Assembly: GCF_006345805.1 (NCBI RefSeq) | Contig: NC_043003.1 | Location: forward strand, 21,204,001-21,268,000 | Source: Octopus sinensis | Taxonomy: Eukaryota | DNA length: 64,000 bases | Direction of reading: 5' to 3' | In this document: piece after piece, positions 13,290-26,359 of the stretch | How the letters are laid out: the number at the start of each line of letters is the position of its first letter | Numbering within the stretch: position 1 is the stretch's first letter | Position numbers and translations under genes: made by a program | The notes under the pieces: model-generated | The model's input: the letters and a program-made list of their open reading frames with translations, nothing else | What the model was told of the DNA's origin: nothing | Database searches by the model: none

Positions 13290-13522
13290 GAACAGACCAG
13301 ATGGAAAATACCAGACGCCAAGAGGCAGAGATCAGATGATGAAGATGCAAAGAAGGACTAGTGCTTCCCCGTCCCCTGTCAACCCTCCCCTGTGAGAAAT
13401 GCTCCTGGCTCTTCTCCACCATTCTTGGCCTGAATAGCCATTTCAGGCACCAGCACCCTTCACACCCATGAGCATGAAGAGGCTCAATCACTCGCTACAG
13501 ATTAACTACAAGTTTATGCCGC
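13290..13522 (+). mobile_element. RTE-type LINE 3' end encoding a terminal C2H2 finger
   Basis: 13391 onward reads CEKCSWLFSTILGLNSHFRHQH, a single C-x2-C-x12-H zinc finger like those ending RTE ORFs, with decayed flanks. Confidence 0.55.
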
Positions 13523-14350
13523 TACCACCGAGTAATGAAAGGATAAGTCAACTTGTATGGAATCAGATGCCATTCCTCCTCCACACACACACACACACAC
13601 ACACTGCACACACACACACATACACACACATCGCCCCCCACCATCGTTTGACAACCAATAAGTCCTGGGGTCAATGAAAAAATAACTGTTAAAATCGAAC
13701 TGCACTCTTCAAAACATACACTAAGAATAAGTACAAGGTGAAATTACTACCTGCTCTTATAGCAAGTTGTTTATCCCCCTCCAACTTTTAGTTCATGCAA
13801 TTGAAAAAAACCGCATTATTTACGGGATGACCCAATAATAACTTGGTGTTAAAACTCAATACTCAGTATATGTATGCTTCAGAGTAAAGCTTTAGTGAAA
13901 CTTGGATACTGTCCAAGGCCCTTAGTAACCTCCTGAACTCCCTTGGTACTAGAAGGTTTTTACATGATTATGGGTTACCATTGGTCGGGTTTTGTATCCA
14001 ACCAACAGCTATACTCAGAAACTGGAATGCATCCTGTTACTTGTATGATTCAGGAGTGTCAGCATAGGCTTTGATCATATTGCTTGATTTTCCAAATTGG
14101 GTCTTGCATACCGTGTTCTTTTCTGAGAATCTGAGTTGACAGCTTATGTTGGTTGACCGCATACCGCATGGTCACAGCAGAAGAGGAAGTATTTTGTAGA
14201 GATGGGGACTGACTGGGGCACTGCTTGGGGAGTTACCCAGGATGACTCAGACAAATAGTGAATGCAGTGATGTGGTGTGACAGCACATGCCCTCTTACCT
14301 GTCTTGTACTAATGTAGTCAAGGATACACTGACAGCTTTACTCATTAGAC

Positions 14351-14839
14351 CAGTGATTCTCAACCTTTTTACCTTTACATAAACCTGAAAATAAATTACA
14401 TGTCTCAAGGAACCCCTGCTCAAAAAAAAAATTATATACTATATCTTTCTCATATATGTTTCATCATTGGCTAAACTGGCAAAATGACCATTCCTAAATA
14501 CAACAATATATATATATATCTGTAAAATAATATGTGACAATTATTCAATAGCCAAGATAAAACTCTGAGTTTCGGATGCCGAAGTGGAAATCCACAACAC
14601 TATCTCTTCGGTTATCTGGCCATCTGAAAAACGCTATGAAAAAGACCGTTATACAAAGGGAAATTACTGTGTTATAATTCCGCTACTTATATAAAAGCGC
14701 TAATCCAATGACCGCTAATTAAAATAAGGTTAAAAGTCCATAATAAACACATAAGCATGCCTACTCATATGCACACATGTGCGCTTGCACACCCACATGT
14801 GTACATATACGTCATTATGAAAATGTACACATCTTCATG

Positions 14840-14890
<51 letters not shown>

Positions 14891-15733
14891 ATATTTTTTA
14901 TGTGGCACGTAAAAAGCACCCACTACACTCACGGAGTGGTTGGCGTTTGGAAGGGCATCCAGCTGTAGAAACACTGCAAAAATCTGACTGGGCCTGACGA
15001 AGCCTTCCAGCTTCACAGACCCCAGTTGAACCGTCCAACCCATGCTAGCATGGAAAGCGGACGCTAAATGATGATGATGATATATATATATATGTTGTTA
15101 TATTTTTTTGATAACATAATGGGTTAGATAGGATGATGTCTATATTACCATATTCTTTTCTACTCTAGGCATAAGGCCCAAAAATTTTAGGGATGGGGGG
15201 CAGTTGATTACATCGACCCCAGTACGCAACTGGTACTTAATTTATCGACCACGAAAGGATGAAAGGCAAAGTCAACCTCAGCGGAATTTGAACTCAGAAC
15301 ATAATGACAGACGAAATACTGCTAAGCATTTCACCCGGCTTGCTAATGTTTCTTATTCCTTTATTGTCCACAAGGGGCTAAACATAGAGGGAACAAACAA
15401 AGGGATTAAGTAGATTACATTGACCCCAGTGCGTAACTGGTACTTAATTTATCGACCCTGAAAGGATGAAAGGCAAAGTCAACCTCAGCGGAATTTGAAC
15501 TCAGAACGTAAAAACAGACAAAATTCCACTTAGCATTTTGCCCAGCATGCTAATGTTTCTGCCAGCTCATTGCCTTTCTATATTACAATATTACAATAAC
15601 CAATCTGTTGTACATGTATAATAATATTACAATTATAAAATTAGCGTTAGCTTATCTCACTCTTTCTCGCAGAACCCCTAGGAACCTTTTGCAGTACCCT
15701 AGGGATCCAGGGAACCCTGGTTGAGAAATGCTG
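14351..15733. mobile_element. hAT/Charlie-type MITE with nested insertions
   Basis: TIRs CAGTGATTCTCAACC and GGTTGAGAAATGCTG; perfect 8-bp TSD CATTAGAC at 14343-14350 and 15734-15741. Contains a Penelope-like piece, family C and a SINE B dimer (15152-15577). Confidence 0.9.
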
Positions 15734-16724
15734 CATTAGACTGAAAATATAATCTCCATGTGACCTGAGGATTGTAGAAATTTAGTGGTTAGGGTCCTGA
15801 ACTGAAATACTGAACTTGATACAAATATCCTGGTTTTTAAGAAGAACTTGTTTTATTGTTGTTGTTTTCCTTTTTAACATCTGTTGTAGTTATCCTGGCT
15901 GAAAAGAAGAAAAAAAACTCTTTCATTATTTCTACTTTACTGATATGTATATATTTCCCACAGCACTTTCTCAGTAATTCATATAAATGTTCACATAAAC
16001 AAAGCCATCCAACCTAGAATAATATTGATACATTGTATTTTAGCTCTGTTGTTAACATTTAAAGTAGAAAAGGATATTTCAGACTAAGTAAAAATATTGA
16101 TTTCCTTCTGATTATATTTGAAGCCTGTGTTAAGGTGTGTGGGTGAGTAATATAGAGGTAGGATGGGAGAAGATATTGTGAGTTTTATGTGTGTTTGTGA
16201 GTGTGATTAAATGAAGTGAAATAGTTTCAGCTAGGATATGAACCCAGCTTATGAAGAACTTTTACTCTTCTTTTTATACTACAGTGTTCATTACTAAGTT
16301 GATATATCAACTCCTTATGACTTGATCAGGAGATAACTTGTGGTCTTATTGAAATGTGACTATGTCTTTTTTTTACTGAAAAAGCTTGTGTAAGAAGAAT
16401 AAGAAAAATGCTTGCCTATAGCCAATCTAGAGATAACTTGTTATTGTGAATTGCTTATAAAATTCCACTTCAATGGTTTATATATTTAGGTGTGAAAACA
16501 TGTTTGGCCAGGAGTGAATATTATCTTGCTTAGCTAAAATGGGTGAGGATTGGTGACAGGAAACTCTGCCTTGACAAACTCCCTCTGACCCATGCCAGTT
16601 TGGAAAAGTGGATGTTCAAATAATAATGATGATGATGACAATGGTGATGGTGGTGTGGTGGTGGTGGTGGTGATGATGATGGATTTTTTTATGTTGATCA
16701 ATCAAAATAATTTCTTAAAGTTAG

Positions 16725-16919
16725 ATGCTTTCGGCATGCAATTATGTTTATAAAAGCGAATTTGAAAGAATATTTACAAAACAATATATCAACCAAAAAT
16801 TAAACAATGTGCAGTCTGTTTGTCATGTCAGAAAAACAAGACAGGAGAAAAATTTTTGTGTTCCTAATATCAAAACCACTGTAGTGAAAGCTCTAAAAGA
16901 GGTCAGCTGTAACAGATAA
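16725..16919 (+). CDS. Candidate exon or small ORF, product unknown
   Basis: AG|ATG start, 64-codon non-repetitive ORF, possible donors GAG|GTCAGC (16902) and TAA|GTAAGA (16920). No recognised homology. Confidence 0.2.
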   Translation: MLSACNYVYKSEFERIFTKQYINQKLNNVQSVCHVRKTRQEKNFCVPNIKTTVVKALKEVSCNR

Positions 16920-19284
16920 GTAAGATTTTCTCAGCTTTATAGTGTGAATGCATCATCATCTAATGTCTGTTTTCCATGCTGGCATGGGTTGGACAGTTTG
17001 ACAAACTCCAAATTTTTGTTATCCCATGGCTTCTACTGTTGGATGCCCTTCCTAATGCCAACCACTTTACAGAGTCTGCTGGGTGTTTTTTACGTGCCAC
17101 CAGCTTGTGTGAATTTATGTAGCACTGGCACAAGTGCCTTGTATGTGGCTCCAGTACCTGTAAAGGACAAGCCTGAATATATGGATGACAGCAATTACAT
17201 AATTTTATTTATAAATTTACACCAAGTTGTAAATCTTGTACAAATAAAATATAAATAGTAGAAATAGATTATACGTGGTTGAGGATAGTATTTATATGTG
17301 AAACTGATCCAGGAGTAATCGTATCATTGTGTGGAGGATACTCCTAGAGGTTTACCCATGTTGAAGGAAGACTTGTGAGCAAGGCCTTACAGTTCAAATG
17401 ATATTGGGTTGAGGTGAATAATGATATCAATGTAGTTTGCTCTCTGGGTCTGTTTTGATCACCACCATTCAAGCAGTGCTGTTCGTTTTCAATCTGACAT
17501 GTTTTCATATTAGACAATGGAGATATTACCTTGCTCAGAAACAAGTGAAGGTTGGTGACAGGGAGAGCATCTGGCCATAGAAAATCTTCCTCAACTAATT
17601 CCATCTGACCCATACAACCATGGAAAAGCATGCATCAGAAAATGAAACACCTACCAACTGTTAATAGTTTTGTAATAAAAAAATTGTCTTAATGAATATC
17701 CTATCTATATTGGATAAGTTTAGTAAATTTGGACGTTTGAATCACCATCATCATTTAATGTCTGTTTTCCATGATGTCATAGGTTGAATGGTTCAACAGG
17801 ATCTAACTTACCAGAGGATTATGTCAAGCTCCAGTGTCCATTTTGGCATAGTTTCTGTGACTGGATACTTTTTCTTACATGAACCACTTTACAGATTGTA
17901 TTGGGTGCTTTTTTCATGGCGCCAACATTAGTGAGGTAACCAAGTAACTTGTAAGATAAGAACCTTTGGCTGAATGGGGGTTGTAGTATTAAGGAAGGTG
18001 ACTTCACTCTCTGTGCTGAGAGGCTAAAGTTTGATAGAGGGACAGGAACAGGTGTCGAGAAGATACATTGTTACCACAGCTGGAAAGAGAGGAAAGATGG
18101 TGGTAATGAGGTATCAGGGTGTACCCTCATTATACAAGAATATAAAGATAAGAAAGAATATCGACAAAGGATTGGTGAGGGTGGGTGGATAAGTTCACAA
18201 GTGTGTGAAAAGAAGAGTGACAGATGGTTAAAGATGGGGATAGAGGTGAATGCAGTGGACCATAAACACAGGTGGCGGCATGGCCAATGGTAAATATCAG
18301 TTTGGGGTGGAAGGTGAATGAAATAGGGGTGGGTAAGGGAAGAGGACATAATAAGTGGCAGTACAACTGAAGTACATATGACCTTTGGAGGTCCATCTAA
18401 GATTTTGTATTAAAATTTATGAGCAATAAATTAATTATACTTCTACAATGCACCAAATATTTTAACGATTTTTTTTTATTATACAATTCCTCATCATATT
18501 TAATTGTAAAAAATATGATTGTTTTTTAAACATCAAATGGCAACAAGGGTTTACCCAAATAAAACAGGAATCAAAAGGGACCACAAGCAAAACAGTTGAG
18601 AATCACTGCTGAACTTAGACAAGAAATGAGGAGATTATATGGAAATTGATATTACTAACTACTTTAGTTAAGTGGTAGCAGTGGAGCCTGTTTATCAGTC
18701 AAACAACTTGTTAGATTGTTAGACATGTTTTAACCAGAATTTAAACAATGTAATAACTAGTAGTTGTAGTAATATTTGATCTCAGCTCCTTAACCTGATT
18801 GTATCACATTGATAAGAATGAAAGTAATTTCTAATATTATCAGAAAATTAAGTTGGTGTGTCTCAAATCAAGAGATATAACTTATAGGTAGTGTCTCCCA
18901 CATTGATAATAATAATATCAATAATGATGGTGATGGTGATAATAATAATAATAATAATAATAATATGCACCCATTATTCCTGGGAATGTTGTTTTCAGGT
19001 ATCTCCTCCAAAAGGTCCTATCAAAAGCAGTTGTTAGACTTTCTGACTGGATTTCCAAGCATAACCAACTGAGACTGTGGTTATTACCCAACAATCTTGT
19101 TCTTGGTCTACACTTAGGCAACAGTTTTAGGGAAGGGGATTAGTCAATTACATTGACCTCAGTGTTCAACTATTTCTTAATTTTATTCAACTATAGCAGA
19201 ATTTGAACTCAGATGTAAAGAACTGGAAGAAATGTTGCTTAGCACTTTATCCAGTGTGCTAAGAAATCTGCCAGCTTACTGCTT

Positions 19285-19625
19285 TGAAGGAAGGGCCCCC
19301 TTCGGTCATGAATAACCCTGAGATTGCATCTAGAAAGTCCTTCTTTGGGGCTCAAGTCTGGGTGAGGTTGTTCGGGGAAGACCAGCATTTGCTCATGCAT
19401 ACCAGCCTCCCTTCTGCATGCCACTGATATTATCCAAAAGAAAGGCAAAGTCTGACACAGTTTGGCACCAGTGATGTCACAACTCATTTCTACAGCTGAG
19501 TGAACTGGAGCAACATGTAATACTGCCTTGTTCAAGAACATAACATACAGCCCTGTCTGGGAATTAAACTCATTAGCTCATGATTGTGAGCCCAATGCTC
19601 TAACCACTCAGCCATGCACCTTCAC
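19285..19625 (-). mobile_element. SINE family D (tRNA-derived head)
   Basis: Minus strand head GCATGGCTGAGTGGTTAGAGCATTGGGCTCACAATC, then GTTCTTGAACAAGGCA..TTGCTCCAGTTCACTCAGCTG. Related copies at 31770-32250(-), 41787-42320, 47536-47800(+) and 56845-57047(-). Confidence 0.7.
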
Positions 19626-19677
19626 TGTTCACTGCCTTAATCATAATAATAATAATAATGATAATGATGATAATAAT

Positions 19678-19897
19678 AACAAGAGCACTCACAGAACTCA
19701 AACCTCCACCAAAGCAATACCAATGTGATCCCAAAATCAAATCAGTTCATGCCAGTCACGAGGCCAAACATCCCTGAAAGGTTCATCCAAATCCATTCAG
19801 TGGTTCTTGAGATATCTTGCCCACAGACAAACAAACAAACAAACAAACAAACACAACTGAAAACAATACCTCCACCTTCGCTAAGGTGGAGGTAATA
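19678..19897. mobile_element. Helentron-associated (HINE/DINE-1-like) element
   Basis: Terminal hairpin TACCTCCACCTT-CGCT-AAGGTGGAGGTA, a matching subterminal ACCTCCACCAAAG at the other end, and an internal (CAAA)n tract. Confidence 0.6.
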
Positions 19898-20476
19898 ATC
19901 CTTTTTACTATATGCACAAGGCCTGTAAATTTGAAGGTGGGTGCTTGCTAGTCAATAACATCCACCACAGTGCTCAACTGTTCCTTATTTTATCAACCCT
20001 GAAAGGATGAAAGGTAAATCAACCATGGCAGAATTTGAACACCAAATGTAAAGACGGGTGAAATGCTACTATGCCTTTTTTGTCTGATGTGCTAACAATT
20101 CTGCCTACTGAGGAGACCCCCTTCGGTCATGAATGACCATAGGATTGCACCTAGAAAGTTACCCTCCGAGGCACAAGTCCAGGCAAGGTTGTTTGTGGAA
20201 GGCCAGAAACCACCCATGCATACCAGCCTCCTCTCTCCACACCATTGATGTTGTCCAAGGGAAAGGCTCTACAAAACTTCTTACTGGGAAGGCCTAAAGC
20301 TTGGTGTTATAAAATACTTAAGGGACATAATCAATGCTGATAGTAAATTTAGTTTGTATATTGTATCTGTATTGTTTCTGTTCTTTCAGTTTGGTTAACT
20401 CCCCTTCTCTCTCTGTTAGCATTAATGTTCAGATTGATGTTTAACTTTGAAATTCTCCTCATTTTATTTCTATACT

Positions 20477-20724
20477 TAACCCATTTCATACCAGCCTAGA
20501 CTATGACCACTTCAAGTTCTGTGATACAAAACATTTTATTTTAAATTGTTCATATTTAAATTAGAACTTTCGTGATTTTATGCAAGAACTTTACTTTATG
20601 TATCAACTTCATACTAAAATATATATACAAATTCTTGATTATTTTCAAAATTAACAGCAACACATGGACAGTGTTTTTTTTTTTTGTGGGGTGGGGTGTG
20701 GAAATATAGTCACAAAAGGATTAA
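20477..20724. mobile_element. TTAA-flanked (piggyBac-like) MITE, decayed
   Basis: TTAA-CCCATTTCATACC ... GTCACAAAAGGA-TTAA; the body resembles 45428-45648 in the opposite orientation. Confidence 0.5.
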
Positions 20725-20974
20725 ATAATTCTTGTATTGTTAGAAAATAACAGGGTAGGATGTATCTGTAAAGCTTAGGCTTTTCTGTACACAAAAGCCA
20801 TACAAAATAAATAAAATAAAGTAAACTACCTGATTGAGTATTAAAAGAAATCAATTTTGTATTGGAAATTTTTGATTTTTAAATATTGATTTCTTTTTGG
20901 CTTAATATATGGGTTGTTTTTCTTTTACTTATTTATTTATTGAAGAGGTAAAATACAGTAATTGTATCACTTTA

Positions 20975-21070
20975 GTAAATAATCTACCCTCAACAATGCC
21001 TGACACTCTATAAAGCTCAAGTAAGGCCTGCAATGGAACATTGCTACCATATCTAGCTCACAGGCATGCT

Positions 21071-21117
<47 letters not shown>

Positions 21118-21290
21118 TGTTCTCTTCTTCCTACCTACCCCCACCTTTTCCTTCACTTCCTTCTCCTCCTCCTCCTCCTACTCCTCCTACTACTACTACT
21201 ATTACAGGTTCTCTCCTCGGAGCTGGCTGGTCTGATTCATTTACCTCTCATCATCATCATCATTCTTGTTGTGTCCACCCCTATCCGCTG
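20975..21290 (+). mobile_element. Non-LTR retrotransposon relic (CR1/Jockey group), split by (CT)n/(CCT)n tracts
   Basis: LYKAQVRPAMEHCYHI* matches the LYKxxVRPxxEYC post-RT motif. Confidence 0.55.
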
Positions 21291-21811
21291 GGGGTGAACA
21301 CAACAGGGTTGATGAAATAAGTACCAGTTGAGAACTAGGACCAGTGTAGTCGACTTGGTCCTTCCTTCAAATTGGTGACCTTGTGCCAAGATTTGAGATC
21401 CTTATTTCTCAGTCTCTTAGAGTGGAAGGACATAGGAAGGGCATCCAGCTGTAGAAACCATTCCAAATCAGATTGGAACCTGGTGCAGCTCTCCAGCCTA
21501 GCAGTTTCAATCAAACTGCCTAACACATGCCAGCATGGAAAGCAGATGCTAAATGATGATGATGATGATGATGATGAATGCATGTGTGTGTGTTTGTCCC
21601 CTGCCAGTGCGTGATAACTGGCGTTGGTATGTTTACATCTCCATAACTTAGCAGTTCAGTAAAAGAGACCAATAGAATGAGTACCAGACTTTAAAAAAAT
21701 AAGCACTGAGGTCAATTCATTCCACTTAAAATTATTTATGGCCACAGTCTAATCATTAAACAAATAAAAGATAAAAATAGATAAAGATAATTACTTCATT
21801 CTAATTAAACA

Positions 21812-22172
21812 GCTTGCTTACAAACCACATGGTTCTGGATTCAGTCCCACTACGTGGCACCTTGGGCAAGTGTTTTCTACTATAGCCTCAGGTCGACCAA
21901 AGCCTTGTGAGTGGATTTGGTAGACAGAAACTGAAAGAAGCCCATCGTATATATGTATGTGTGTGCATATGTTTGTGTGTCTGTGTTTGTCCCCCCAACA
22001 TCGCTTGACGAACGATGCTAGTGTGTTTACGTCCCTGTAACTTAGCAGTTCGACAAAAAAGATGGATAGAATAACTACTAGGCTTATAAAGAATAAGTCC
22101 TGGAATCGATTTGCTCGACGAAATGCAATGCTCCAGCATGGCCACAGTCAAATGACTGAAACAAGTAAAGAA
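21812..22172 (+). mobile_element. SINE family A
   Basis: Family A core and tail. Confidence 0.85.
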
Positions 22173-22880
22173 AAATATTCACACACACACACACTAATTT
22201 GAATACCAATTGTTAAAAATTATTGGATTTTATATGATAAATATATGTTCTTCAGGAAAACCATTTTTTTTTTTTTGAAGAGAATAAGGTTGTGAAGATT
22301 ATTAAATAAGCTTTGAAGCAACTGAAAAAAACTTCTCTTTTTCATTTTTGGCTTTTCTTCTTAAGGCTAGGGAAGTTGGAATTTATCAGTTTTCAGTTCA
22401 CTTAGAACTGGATCCTATTTTTGTTTCTGTTATAAGAAAAATAAATAAGAAATATTGATTTTTTATTTAGGTACTCGATGATAAATTTATGTAAAGTTTG
22501 TAACAAAAAAACAAAACAAAATAATAATAATAATAATAATGATAATGATGATGATGATGATGAGACTGAAAATATCTATATTGAGCTGAGAATGCTAGAT
22601 TTGAAAGTTTTAAGGGAAGTAATTAGTTTTGTTGCATTGGCTGCAAATCATTTTCCTGGCAATCAATATGTATAGCAAATCATTGCTATCCTCCACACCC
22701 TCCTGTTGTTATACAGTATTTGTTTTTTTTTAAAGTTTGATGTTTATTCTATTAGTCTCTTTGCTGAACTGCTAAGTCATAGAACATAAAAACACCAACA
22801 CCTGTTGTTGAGTGGTGATAGGAGACAAACACAGTCACAAAGACACACACACACACATATGACACACCTCTTTCAGTTTC

Positions 22881-23293
22881 TTATTTCTTTATTGCCCACA
22901 AGGGGCTAAACATAGAGGGGACAGACAAAGTTATTAAGTCGATTACATCGACCTCAGTGCAGAACTGGTGCTTAATTTATCAACCCTGAAAGGATGAAAG
23001 GCAAAGTCGACCTTGGCGGAATTTGAACTCAGAACATAAGTAAAGATGGACGAAATACCTATTTCTTTACTACCCACTAGGGGCTAAACACTGAGAGGAC
23101 AAACAAGGAGATACAAAGGGATTAAGTTGATTACATCGACCCCAGTGTGTAACTGGTACTTAATTTATCGACCCCGAAAGGATGAAATGTAAAGTCGACC
23201 TCGGCGGAATTTGAACTCAGAACGTAATGGCAGACGAAATACTGATAAGCATTTCGCCAAGCGCACTAATGTTTCTGCCAGCTCGCTGCCTTC
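22881..23293 (-). mobile_element. SINE family B head-to-tail dimer flanked by a ~140-bp direct repeat
   Basis: Two tandem family B units; the flanks 22741-22880 and about 23295-23420 are near-identical. Confidence 0.85.
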
Positions 23294-25194
23294 ATGTTTA
23301 TTCTATTAGTCTCTTTGCTGAACTGCTAAGTTATAGAACATAAAAACACCAACACCTGTTGTTGAGTGGTGATAGGGGACAAACACAGTCACACATATAT
23401 GACACACCTCTTTCAGTTTCTGTCCAAATCCACTCCCAAGGCTTTGGTCAACCTGAGGCTATAGTAGAAGACACTTGCCCAAGGAGCCATACAGTAGGAC
23501 TTGAACCTGAAACCATGTGGTTTAGAAGCAAACTTCTTATCACACAGCCACACCTGCACCTATTATTAAGAAATTATATTATCTATCAGTAACATCATTA
23601 CCTTGTACAGTTTTTGTCTCTTTCCAGCTCCATCCGTTCACTCTCACCCTTTCTTCTGTAACGTGAGGAGTTATGTAGCTCCTCCATAGGAAGAAACATG
23701 TTCTGTTCTAGTTCATTCTTAAATACTCTAATTCCACATCTCCTTGTATAAAGCTGCCTCACTATCTACTGTTGTCCCACTCTGTTGAAGGTGATCTTTG
23801 TCTTGCAAGCCTCATGGCAACCTCACCAGTACTAGTGCTATGAATAAAGCACTCAGTACGTGATGTAAAGTAGCTGGCAATGGGAAGGGTATCTAGTTGT
23901 AGAAACCATCCCAAAGCAGACATTGGAGCATAATACTGTCCTTGGACCCTGTGGGTCCTGTTGGACCACCCAACCTATCCCAGCATGGAGCATGGACGTT
24001 AAATGACGATGATGATGATCATCATCATGACCATTAATACTCTTTTGTATTGGACTAGTGCAAGCAGAACTGAGTCATATTCAGTATTCCTAATTTGGTA
24101 ATTTGTAATTAATAGTTTACAATGACGGGGTAGAGAGGACTTCCAAATAACTAGAGTGTTAGAACAGACTGATTAGTGTGGAGTTATTCACTAACATGGA
24201 ATGGATTTGAACAGTGTGTGCAGGGGGTGCAAGCACAGCCACTAAAATGTTTTTTGTTTTTGGTTGGGAGCAATGAAAACACTTTGAAAATCCTCCTTAA
24301 AAACTGGATTTGCACCAACTAAACAAATTTCATTTCTACACTTACAGGCAGATCTGCTATTCCAAAAAATTTTCCTGCAATATCATATAAAAAGCTTATC
24401 TACTGATTACTTATTCTCAAGACTGACAGAGATTCATTATACTTAACGAAAATATTCTTAAATAGTTTTTCAGATACTGAGTGTGATCTGAGGGAGGTCT
24501 ACTATTTCTTAAAATCTAAGTACTGTTGTCAATACTGACAGAGACTTGGTTATATTTATCTTAGATTTTTTTCCCAGACATTGGGTTGTGATTTTAGAAA
24601 GGTGTGGCTTTTTCTAAAAATCTCTTCACAATATCTTATTATATAAAAGCTTATCTGAGGACATTTACCAAAACTAAAGTACATATATAGATGTAAGTAA
24701 CACTCTGATAACACTGACCACAAAGTTTATATCCTGGCATGTCAGAATTTAAATTTCTTTGATAATTCTGTTATTGAAATGTCACTAATGTGTAGTTTTA
24801 CATAAATACTTATAATAGATAAACTTTTATATGATATTGCAGGGAAAGTTTGTTTTTCTAAGCGCATCACACCTCTAAAAACTTCTGATTAGCTTTCACT
24901 ATTTCTGATCATATCTTCTTTGGTCTTCCGCTTTAATAACTTTTTCCCACATGGCATGGCTGTGTGGAGACACAGGCACGACTGTGTGGTAAGAAGATTG
25001 CTTCCCAACCACATGGGTCTGGGTCCAGTCTCACTGTGTGGCACCTTGGGCAAGTGTCTTCTACTATAGCCTCTGGCCAATGAAAGTCTTGTGAATGGAT
25101 TTGGTAGATGGAAACTAAAAGAAGCCCATCATATATATATATGTATATATCTATGTGTGTGTGTCTGTGTTTGTCCCCTCATCACTGCTTGACA

Positions 25195-25436
25195 ACCCAG
25201 TGATTTTAATATCTGGCCATCTGGTAATTGGATGCCTTCATTGTTGACGACCTGTCGCCTTCTCATGATGAATATTGCACACTTATCCTATGCCTGTATC
25301 TTTGCTGATGAGTCTTACAGTCTGTATTAAGGAATCCATCTCATATTCATTCTTAGTAAAAAGCTTTAGATCATCCATGTAGAGCAAATGGTTAACTTTT
25401 CCCTTACTATTTTCTGAACTGATACCCTGCCTTTTA
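25195..25436 (-). mobile_element. R4/Dong-like (RLE clade) non-LTR RT fragment
   Basis: KVNHLLYMDDLKLFTKNEYEMDSLIQTVRLISKDTG carries the YMDDLKL motif of R2/R4-group RTs and abuts a (TAA)n tract. Confidence 0.8.
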
Positions 25437-26114
25437 TTATCATAATCACTATTATCATTATTATTATTATTATTATTATCATTATTATCATTATTATTAT
25501 TATTATTATTATTATATGTTGTTATTATTATTATTATTATTATCATCATCATTATTATTATTTTTATTATTCATCATTCAACGTCCGCTTTCCATGCTAG
25601 CATGGGTTGGACGATTTGACTGAGGACTGGCGAACCAGATAGCTGCACCAGGCTCCAATCTGATCTGGTAGAGTTTCTACAGCTGGATGCCCTTCCTAAT
25701 GCCAACCACTCTGAGAGTGTAGTGGGTGCTTTTACCATGCCAGTGGTACACAAAAAGCACCCAGCACACTCTGTGAAGTGGTTGGCATTAGGAAGGGCAT
25801 CCAATCATGGAAAGCATGTCACTAGAGACAACTGGAATCTGGATAGCTCCTGTCAAATGATCTAACCCATGCCAGCATGGAAAACGGACGTTAAATGATG
25901 ATGATGTGTATGTATGTGTGTGTGTGTGTGTGCCCTCATTTTAACATTGCTTGATTGCTGTAAATGAATGTTATTCATTTCCAAACTTCTGTAAAAAAAA
26001 CATGTCTGGGCATGGGAAAATATTACCTCACTTGGAAAGAGGTAGGGCATCTGGCTGTAGATGCATGCATGGAAAGATGGACATTAAAAGATGATGATGA
26101 TGATGGTGATGATT

Positions 26115-26290
26115 GTATCGAAAGTACTCCATGTAATATGTGTACTGTGTCTAGTAGTGATTTCCCTATTGTTATAAGGGTCTCTTTCTGTTTTCAAGCC
26201 CCGCCTGCTGGTTATCTCTATTTTCAGATCATTTTGGGATTGGTAATTTGATAAGGGTGCACTTCCTTTCTTGGTAGTCCTTGACATGAT
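26115..26290 (-). mobile_element. R4/Dong-like element, endonuclease C-terminus relic
   Basis: DLKIEITSRRGLKTE plus a frameshifted LLDTVHILHGVL, resembling KYxDLxxEIxRMWxLK...LGTAHILR. Confidence 0.55.
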
Positions 26291-26315
26291 TACTACTACT
26301 ACTACTGCTGCTACT

Positions 26316-26359
<44 letters not shown>

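Noticed and set aside
13391-13460. C2H2 zinc-finger gene exon (an expanded family in octopus)
   Set aside because: It is a single finger without TGEKP linkers, in a decayed LINE 3'-end context.
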